Origin: Actinomycetota bacterium
GTDB lineage: Bacteria; Actinomycetota; Actinomycetes; S36-B12; GCA-2699445
Assembly: GCA_029978705.1 (NCBI GenBank)
Contig: JAPOIY010000011.1
Coordinates: forward strand, 2,865-66,864
Direction of reading: 5' to 3'
Length of the DNA stretch: 64,000 nucleotides
A model generated the notes under the pieces. It made no database searches. It was not told the DNA's origin and saw nothing but the letters and a program-made list of their open reading frames with translations. A program made the position numbers and the translations under genes. Shown here in pieces: positions 58,050 through 64,000 of the stretch; positions within the stretch are counted from its first letter, which is position 1, and every line of letters starts with the position of its first letter.

Positions 58050-59261
58050 ATGAAGAAGGAGACCGAAGTGTCCGCAGTCAGTAGCTCCAGCACCCAGGTG
58101 GGGATCGTCGGGGGAGGTCCCGCAGGGCTCATGCTCTCCCACCTGCTCGACCGCGCCGGGATCGACAACATCGTGATCGACAACAGGACCCGCGGCGAGA
58201 TCGAGAGCACCGTTCGCGCCGGCATCCTCGAGGTGGACAGCGTCAATCTGCTCGTCGACACCGGAGTCTCGGATCGGGTGTTCCGGGACGGTCACGCCCA
58301 TGAAGGCATCGAGCTGCGCTTCGGCGGTGAAAATCACCGGATCGACTTCAAGAGCCTGGTCGGAGAGTCTGCGTGGCTGTACCCACAGACCGATGTGTTC
58401 ATCGATCTGGCCGATTCGCGGGAACGCGACGGAGCCGACGTGCGCTTCGGCATCGGCGGTGTGCGGGTCTCCGACGCCACCGCCGACCGCCCGTCGATCA
58501 CATATTCAGATGATCAGGGCGAGCACGAGATCCACTGCGACTACCTGGTCGGTGCCGATGGCTCACGCAGCATCTGCCGCCACGAGATGCCCGAGTCGCA
58601 GCGGCGGCACTTCTTCAAGGAGTATCCGTTCGCGTGGTTCGGCTTCCTCGTGGAAGCCCCTCCCAGCGCCCCGGAACTGGTCTACGTCCACTCCGACCGG
58701 GGCTTCGCGCTCATCAGCCAGCGCACCGACTCGTTGCAGCGGATGTACTTCCAGTGTGACCCGGACGAGGACGTCGCGAAGTGGTCGGATGACCGCATCT
58801 GGGAGGAGATGCAGGCGCGTGTCGCCGGGGCGGACGGCTTCTCCCTCAAGGAGGGCCCGATCTCGGATCAGGCCGTCCTGCGTTTCCGCAGCTTCGTGTG
58901 TGAGCCCATGCGCTACGGCTCCATGGTCCTCGCCGGCGATGCTGCCCACACTGTGCCGCCCACGGGGGCTAAGGGCCTGAACCTCGCCCTGGCGGACGTC
59001 AAGATCCTCGCCGAGGTGCTGGAGCGGTCGGTGGCTGCCGACGACAAGACGATCCTGGACGACTACGGCCCCCGAGCCCTGGACCGGGTATGGCGGGCCC
59101 AGCAGTTCTCCTACTGGATGACCACGATGCTGCACACCCTGCCCGAGGCTGACGACTACGACAACGCCCGGCAGGTCGCGGAACTGGCGTCAGTGGTGAG
59201 CAGCGTTCCCGGCTCCACCTATCTGGCGGAGGCGTACACGGGCTGGCCAGGTCGCGACTGA
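58050..59261 (+). CDS. pobA: 4-hydroxybenzoate 3-monooxygenase
   Basis: VGIVGGGPAGLMLSHLLDRAGIDNIVID FAD fold, ..GADGSRSICR.., ..LAGDAAHTVPPTGAKGLNLA.. Confidence 0.9.
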   Translation: MKKETEVSAVSSSSTQVGIVGGGPAGLMLSHLLDRAGIDNIVIDNRTRGEIESTVRAGILEVDSVNLLVDTGVSDRVFRDGHAHEGIELRFGGENHRIDFKSLVGESAWLYPQTDVFIDLADSRERDGADVRFGIGGVRVSDATADRPSITYSDDQGEHEIHCDYLVGADGSRSICRHEMPESQRRHFFKEYPFAWFGFLVEAPPSAPELVYVHSDRGFALISQRTDSLQRMYFQCDPDEDVAKWSDDRIWEEMQARVAGADGFSLKEGPISDQAVLRFRSFVCEPMRYGSMVLAGDAAHTVPPTGAKGLNLALADVKILAEVLERSVAADDKTILDDYGPRALDRVWRAQQFSYWMTTMLHTLPEADDYDNARQVAELASVVSSVPGSTYLAEAYTGWPGRD

Positions 59262-59320
59262 CTTCCGCCCAGTGAAACCACCAGTGTCGTGCGGATGCGA
59301 CTGTCTGTTGGAATGAGGGG

Positions 59321-60004
59321 GTGATTCCGCGACAAGAACCCACCCAGAACCACTACGGCCGGGACATCATCGAGTACCTGCCGTCGGCGTTCGTCGGCGG
59401 TCCGGTCCCCCTCGAGGAACATCATCGGCGTATCTGGGAACTGGCTCTACCGTACCTGAACGTCCGTGACAACAATGTCCACACCATCTACGCCTATGGG
59501 ATCGCGCGCGCCTTGACGCAGTTGCATCCGGAGGCGGAGCCAGAGGTCGTGTTGCCGGCGGTGATCCTCCACGACACGGGATGGTCGACTGTTCCGGAGG
59601 ATGAGATCCTCAGCGCCATCGCCCCGGACGCCGGACGCATGGAACTGGTCATCCAGCACGAGAAGGAGGGCGCCCGGATCGCGACCGAGATCCTGACCCA
59701 GGTCGGGCACGACCCCACGTTCATCGAGGAGATCGTGGCGATCGTGGATGGCCATGACAGCCGGAAGACGGCCCTGTCCCTCAACGATGCGCTGATGAAG
59801 GACGCCGACAAGTTGTGGCGCCTGACCCCGCACGGTGTGGACACGGTGATGAACTGGTTCGGCCTGACACGGGAACAGGCGCACCTGCTCATCGACAGCC
59901 GTCTTCATCCGTTTCTGCTCACGGATACCGGCAGGACGATGGCCGCTATGCTGGCGGCGATCACCTGGGTCGACACCACAGAGGAGCGCGTGACACTCGG
60001 GTAG
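59321..60004 (+). CDS. HD-domain protein (metal-dependent phosphohydrolase)
   Basis: ..VILHDTGW.. and ..IVDGHDS.. HD-type motifs. GTG start with a poorly spaced RBS, so the start is uncertain. Confidence 0.65.
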   Translation: MIPRQEPTQNHYGRDIIEYLPSAFVGGPVPLEEHHRRIWELALPYLNVRDNNVHTIYAYGIARALTQLHPEAEPEVVLPAVILHDTGWSTVPEDEILSAIAPDAGRMELVIQHEKEGARIATEILTQVGHDPTFIEEIVAIVDGHDSRKTALSLNDALMKDADKLWRLTPHGVDTVMNWFGLTREQAHLLIDSRLHPFLLTDTGRTMAAMLAAITWVDTTEERVTLG

Positions 60005-60022
60005 GACGTGAGGTGACCTCGG

Positions 60023-60778
60023 ATGGAGTCCGTGCGCGGTCGCAGCGTGACCTCCAAGGTGATGGCCATTCTCGCGGCCTTCGAGGGTAGTTCCTCAGCG
60101 CTGCGATTGACCCAGATCTCGGAGTCGGCGGGTATCCCGCTGCCCACCGCTCACAGGCTCGTCGGGGAACTCGTGGACTGGGGGGCGCTGGTGCGCGACG
60201 AGTACGGGCGCTACTGGGTCGGCATGAGGCTGTGGGAGATCTCCCAACAGGGCGGTCGCGGTCTGCGCGACGCGGCCAGGCCATACCTGAACGACCTGTT
60301 CTCCCTCACCGGGGAGACCGCTCACATCGCGGTGCGGGACGGCGGGGAGGTCCTCTACGTCGATCGCGTGTACAGCGCCAAACGTGTCCCACGTGCTTCG
60401 CGCGTGGGTGGACGTCTTCCGCTGCATGCCACCGCCGTCGGCAAGGTGCTCCTGGCCTACGAGGATGAGTGGGTGCAGGAGGGCTACGTGAACAGCCGGC
60501 TCGAAGCGCCCACACGGCGCACCAACACGAACCCCGGCCGGGTTCTCCAGGAGTTGCGAAGGATCCGGGAACAGGGGTACGCCACGACCTACGAAGAGGT
60601 CCGCGTGGGCTCGTGCTCGGTTGCCGTGCCCGTGTTCACGACCTCGGACAAGGTGGTTGCCGCGCTGGGTCTGGTGATGCTCTCCACGCAGGCCAGCCAG
60701 ATGACCCGGTACCTTCCGCAGCTCCGCGGTAGCGCGAACCGCATCTCCGCCGCTGCTCGCCGGATTCCCGGCCTGTAG
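60023..60778 (+). CDS. IclR-family transcriptional regulator (PcaR/PobR-like by context)
   Basis: N-terminal wHTH (KVMAILAAFEGSS..LRLTQISESAGIPLPTAHRLVGELV) and a C-terminal IclR effector domain (..GSCSVAVPVF..). Confidence 0.85.
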   Translation: MESVRGRSVTSKVMAILAAFEGSSSALRLTQISESAGIPLPTAHRLVGELVDWGALVRDEYGRYWVGMRLWEISQQGGRGLRDAARPYLNDLFSLTGETAHIAVRDGGEVLYVDRVYSAKRVPRASRVGGRLPLHATAVGKVLLAYEDEWVQEGYVNSRLEAPTRRTNTNPGRVLQELRRIREQGYATTYEEVRVGSCSVAVPVFTTSDKVVAALGLVMLSTQASQMTRYLPQLRGSANRISAAARRIPGL

Positions 60779-60801
60779 CCGGTCTCCGACCGATTGCTTT
60801 T

Positions 60802-60822
60802 CACTTCCATTCAACGGAAGTG
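60802..60822. promoter_or_regulatory. Inverted repeat CACTTCC-ATTCAAC-GGAAGTG between the IclR gene and the P450 gene; operator candidate or iclR terminator stem
   Basis: Perfect 7-bp arms. 16 of 21 positions are identical to 54344-54364. Lies 24 nt after the iclR stop and 66 nt before the P450 ATG. Confidence 0.45.
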
Positions 60823-60887
60823 AGATGTTGTGACCCCCTGTGCTGATGGACCAGTGTGGGCAGCACCAGAGAGCGAAGGGATGTCAG

Positions 60888-62135
60888 ATGACGACCCAGC
60901 AGCGGTGCCCGGTGGACCACGGATACCAGCCGTTCGACATGACCGACCCGTTCCCGTCCTATGCCGCGCTGCGTGCTGAGGAGCCGGTCATGTACGACGA
61001 GCGGATCGACTACTGGGTGGTCACGCGGTACGACGACATCAAGCAGGTCTTCGACGACTGGGAGACCTTCAGCAGTGAGAACGCGCAAGCCCCGGTGAGG
61101 GAGCGCGGAGTCCAGGCCAAGAAGATCATGGAGGAGGGTGGGTTCACCGCATACTCCGGACTCTCCGCTCGTATCCCCCCGGATCACACCCGGATCCGGG
61201 CCATCGTCCAGCGGGCCTTCACCCCCCGTCGCTACAAGGCGCTGGAACCCACCATCCGCGAGAACGTGGTGCGTCTGACCGAAGCGATGATCGGCGGCGA
61301 GCAGCCGGGCGACGCCCTCGCCTCCATCGCGTACCACGTCCCCACCATCACCATCCTGACGCTGATCGGCGCGGACCTGGACATGGTGGACACCTACAAG
61401 CGATGGTCGGACTCCCGGGCGGCTATGACCTGGGGCGACCTCACCGACGAGGAGCAGATCCCCCACGCCCACAACCTGGTGGAGTACTGGCAGGAGTGCC
61501 AGCGACTGGTGGCGGAGGCGCACGAGACCAACCCCGACAGCCTCGTCGGCGACCTGGTCCGGGCGCAGTCGGAGGGCGCAGAGATCACCGACCACGAGAT
61601 CGCCTCGGTCTGCTACAGCCTTCTCTTCGCCGGTCACGAGACGACCACAACCCTGATCGCCAACTCGCTGCGGGTGCTGCTGAGCCACCCCGAGGCGTGG
61701 CAGGCGCTGGCCGAAGACCCCTCACTGATCCCGGGTGCCATCGACGAGATCCTTCGCTACAGCCCCAGCATCGTGGCCTGGCGGCGCAAGGCCCTCGTCG
61801 ACGCCCAGATCGGCGGAGTCGACATCCCGAAGGGCGCCAACATCCTGCTGGTGATGGGCTCAGCCAATCGCGACGAGAGCCGCTTCGAGGACCCCGACTC
61901 CTTCCAGATCAGCCGGCCGAACGCCCGAGAACACTTGGCCTTCGGATACGGAATCCACTATTGCCTCGGCAACATGCTGGCCAAGCTGCAGACCAAGGTC
62001 GCGCTGGAAGAGATCGGGCGGATCGCCCCGGACTTGGCGCTCGCTCCTGGCGCCGAGATCGACTTCGCCGACAATCTCTCATTCCGGGTGCCGCTCAGCG
62101 TGCCCGTCACGTGGAAGGAACGCGTCGATGCATGA
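60888..62135 (+). CDS. Cytochrome P450 monooxygenase
   Basis: Heme-thiolate loop FGYGIHYCLGNMLA, I-helix LLFAGHETT, ExxR (EILR). ATG at 60888 with GAAGGG upstream. Confidence 0.9.
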   Translation: MTTQQRCPVDHGYQPFDMTDPFPSYAALRAEEPVMYDERIDYWVVTRYDDIKQVFDDWETFSSENAQAPVRERGVQAKKIMEEGGFTAYSGLSARIPPDHTRIRAIVQRAFTPRRYKALEPTIRENVVRLTEAMIGGEQPGDALASIAYHVPTITILTLIGADLDMVDTYKRWSDSRAAMTWGDLTDEEQIPHAHNLVEYWQECQRLVAEAHETNPDSLVGDLVRAQSEGAEITDHEIASVCYSLLFAGHETTTTLIANSLRVLLSHPEAWQALAEDPSLIPGAIDEILRYSPSIVAWRRKALVDAQIGGVDIPKGANILLVMGSANRDESRFEDPDSFQISRPNAREHLAFGYGIHYCLGNMLAKLQTKVALEEIGRIAPDLALAPGAEIDFADNLSFRVPLSVPVTWKERVDA

Positions 62136-63243
62136 CACCCAGTACATCCAGTTCTTCGATGGTGGACACGCCGCCGACATCGAGATCCTCGGCGGCAAGT
62201 GCGCGTCGCTGGTGAACATGACGGGCGCTGCGATGCCTGTTCCCCCCGGGTTCGCCGTCACCACCAATGCCTTCCGGATGTTCATCCACGACTCCGGGTT
62301 GGATGCGACGATCCATCGACTGCTGGAGGGGTTGGACCCCGACGACGTCGACAGCGTGGACACCAGGTCGGCCGCGATCCGTGAGGAGATGATCCTGCGC
62401 CCGGTTCCCGACGAGCTGCGCGGTCAGTTCTACCTCGCCTACCACGACCTGATGGAGCGGTGCCAGGGCGAGGTGCCCGTCGCAGTGCGCTCCTCGGCCA
62501 CAGCGGAAGACCTGCCTGAGGCCAGCTTCGCCGGCCAGCAGGACACCTATCTGTGGGTGACCGGCCTGGACGATGTGACTGACGCCGTCCGCCGGTGCTG
62601 GGCATCCCTCTACACGAGCCGCGCCATCACCTACCGGCTCAAGAACGGTATCCCCAACGAGGGGCTGGCCATGGCGGTCGCGGTCCAGAAGATGGTAAAT
62701 GCGAAGGCCTCGGGCGTGGCGATCACCCTGAATCCCGGCACGGGCGACCGCTCGAAGATCACTATTGACGCCTCCTACGGCGTCGGGGAGATGGTCGTCT
62801 CCGGCCAAGTCACCCCCGACAACATCATGTTGGACAAGGTGATGCTGACCGTGGTCTCGGAGATCATTGGCGACAAGCACGCCGAGCTGGTGCCCGATAC
62901 GGCCACCCATCGCCTCATCGAACGGGAGGTCGACGAGGAGCGCCGGGGCCGCCGTTGTCTGACCGATGACGAAGTCGTGGCCGTTGCCTCGATGGCGAAA
63001 CGTGCCGAGCAGCACTACAAGAGTCCCCAGGACATCGAGTGGGCATTTGACGCCGATCTGCCCGAGGGCGAGAACCTGCTGCTGCTGCAGGCACGACCGG
63101 AGACCGTGCACTCCGTGAAGGTGCCCGAACTGAAGCCGGTCCCGGGAAGCGGTGGCTTCAGTTTCGGGAACCTCTCAGCACTAGCAGCAGCCGCTGGAGA
63201 AGCCCCCTTGCCAGGTCATCAACATGGCCACGACCACAAGTGA
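62128..63243 (+). CDS. PEP/pyruvate-binding (PPDK_N, ATP-grasp) domain protein; stand-alone nucleotide-binding subunit of a PEP-synthase-like dikinase
   Basis: ATG overlaps the P450 stop by 8 nt. ..LGGKCASLVNMTGAAMPVPPGFAVTTNAF.., ..VAVRSSATAEDLPEASFAGQQDTYL.., ..MAVAVQKMV..SGV.. and ..QDIEWAF.. match the N-terminal domain of PEP synthase/PPDK. No swivel-His or TIM-barrel domain is present. Confidence 0.8.
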   Translation: MHDTQYIQFFDGGHAADIEILGGKCASLVNMTGAAMPVPPGFAVTTNAFRMFIHDSGLDATIHRLLEGLDPDDVDSVDTRSAAIREEMILRPVPDELRGQFYLAYHDLMERCQGEVPVAVRSSATAEDLPEASFAGQQDTYLWVTGLDDVTDAVRRCWASLYTSRAITYRLKNGIPNEGLAMAVAVQKMVNAKASGVAITLNPGTGDRSKITIDASYGVGEMVVSGQVTPDNIMLDKVMLTVVSEIIGDKHAELVPDTATHRLIEREVDEERRGRRCLTDDEVVAVASMAKRAEQHYKSPQDIEWAFDADLPEGENLLLLQARPETVHSVKVPELKPVPGSGGFSFGNLSALAAAAGEAPLPGHQHGHDHK

Positions 63244-63277
63244 ATAACCCCCCTCCCCCTGATATGGAGAAACTCAA

Positions 63278-64000
63278 GTGAGCGAACAAGTCATCATGAA
63301 GTCCTTCCCGAAGCCCTCGGAAGTGCCGGTCCCCGAGGGCGCCGAGGGATGGGAGGAGTTGTATCCGTACTTCCTGTCCTTCCGGAACCTGAGTGGCTCG
63401 GAGGACGAGAAGTTCTGGTTCTGCGACAGCCAGCACTGGCCGACGGTCTATAAGCCCTTCGAGACCATTGGCGGCGAGTTCGCGGTGAAGTGTCTGGGCC
63501 AGTACAACACTCGGCACCTGCTGATCCCGCCGGCCAACGGAATCGAGTTCAAGATCCATCTTGGATACCTGTACATGAGCCCGGTGCCCGTCCCCGAGGA
63601 TCAGATCCCCGGTCGGGTGCCGGAGTTCGAACAGCGCGCCGGCCACTACTTCCAGAACTGGGACTCCCTGCTCGCGGGCTGGAAGGACAAGGTTCGCGGC
63701 ACCATCCAGGAGATGGAGGAGCTGACGTTCGAACCGCTGCCCGACATGGTCCCGATCGAGGACATCATCGGTGGCGTCGCCAAGGACGGCTCCGAAGTTC
63801 TCATGGAGAACTACGATCGCCTGATCCAGCTGTGCTACCAGAACTGGCAGTACCACTTCGAGTTCCTCAATCTCGGGTACCTCGCCTACCTCGACTTCTT
63901 CACCTTCTGCAAGGAGGTCTTCCCCGGTATCCCTGATCAGGCGATCGCCAAGATGGTGCAGGGCGTCGACATGGAGTTGTTCCGGCCCGACGACGAGTTG
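63278..64000 (+). CDS. Second subunit candidate of the PEP-synthase-like dikinase (PEP-utilising-enzyme family N-terminal region); 3' end outside the window
   Basis: Not in the ORF track because no stop is reached. Hand translation from GTG 63278 (GGAGA 7 nt upstream) is open for 241 codons to the window end with GC-rich third positions: VSEQVIMKSFPKPSEVPVPEGAEGWEELYPYFLSF..KFWFCDSQHWP... The two listed ORFs overlapping it look like artefacts. Confidence 0.6.
   Translation, partial: MSEQVIMKSFPKPSEVPVPEGAEGWEELYPYFLSFRNLSGSEDEKFWFCDSQHWPTVYKPFETIGGEFAVKCLGQYNTRHLLIPPANGIEFKIHLGYLYMSPVPVPEDQIPGRVPEFEQRAGHYFQNWDSLLAGWKDKVRGTIQEMEELTFEPLPDMVPIEDIIGGVAKDGSEVLMENYDRLIQLCYQNWQYHFEFLNLGYLAYLDFFTFCKEVFPGIPDQAIAKMVQGVDMELFRPDDEL

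Noticed and set aside
63264-63281. Mini-ORF ATGGAGAAACTCAAGTGA (MEKLK) overlapping the GTG start of the last gene.
   Set aside because: It is five codons long, and its GGAGA is more simply the Shine-Dalgarno sequence for GTG 63278. There is no evidence for a leader peptide.
63158-63936. Track ORFs 63158-63856(-) and 63490-63936(+).
   Set aside because: Both overlap the longer frame that is open from 63278 to the window end. That frame has an RBS, GC3 bias and a plausible protein sequence, whereas these two translate to low-complexity Arg/Pro/Gly-rich strings.

Overview
This window is the chromosomal replication-origin region of a high-GC Actinomycetota genome, followed by an accessory and aromatic-catabolism segment. 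From 0.9 to 45.5 kb the gene order closely matches the M. tuberculosis Rv3907c-Rv0020c block. The order is cca, NUDIX, Rv3909-like, murJ, sigM/anti-sigma, trxB-trxA, cwlM, parB-parA-rsmG-jag-yidC, yidD-rnpA-rpmH, then dnaA-dnaN-recF-dciA-gyrB-gyrA. It continues with tRNA-Ile, tRNA-Ala, ppiA, rhomboid, crgA, trpG and pknB-pbpA-rodA-pstP-fhaB-fhaA. Coding strand switches at rpmH/dnaA, and two parS sites and several DnaA boxes are readable. Several lineage-specific genes interrupt this backbone: a glycosyltransferase, an aminotransferase-ddl pair, a lipase plus polytopic membrane protein inside the yidD-yidC operon, and a collagen-repeat secreted protein between recF and dciA. From 45.6 to 54.2 kb lie an orphan DNA methyltransferase and assorted secreted or hydrolase genes. 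From 54.4 to 64 kb lie a protocatechuate/4-hydroxybenzoate cluster (pcaHG, a pcaB-pcaD fusion, pcaC, pobA, an IclR regulator) and a P450 with a split PEP-synthase-like dikinase operon that runs off the window. No CRISPR array, rRNA, transposase or integrase was seen. The most unusual signals are a cluster of perfect DnaA boxes 11 kb from dnaA (37.0-37.2 kb), a shared operator-like motif linking pcaH and the P450 operon, and the P450/dikinase module itself. All functional calls rest on motifs and synteny read by eye; no database search was run.
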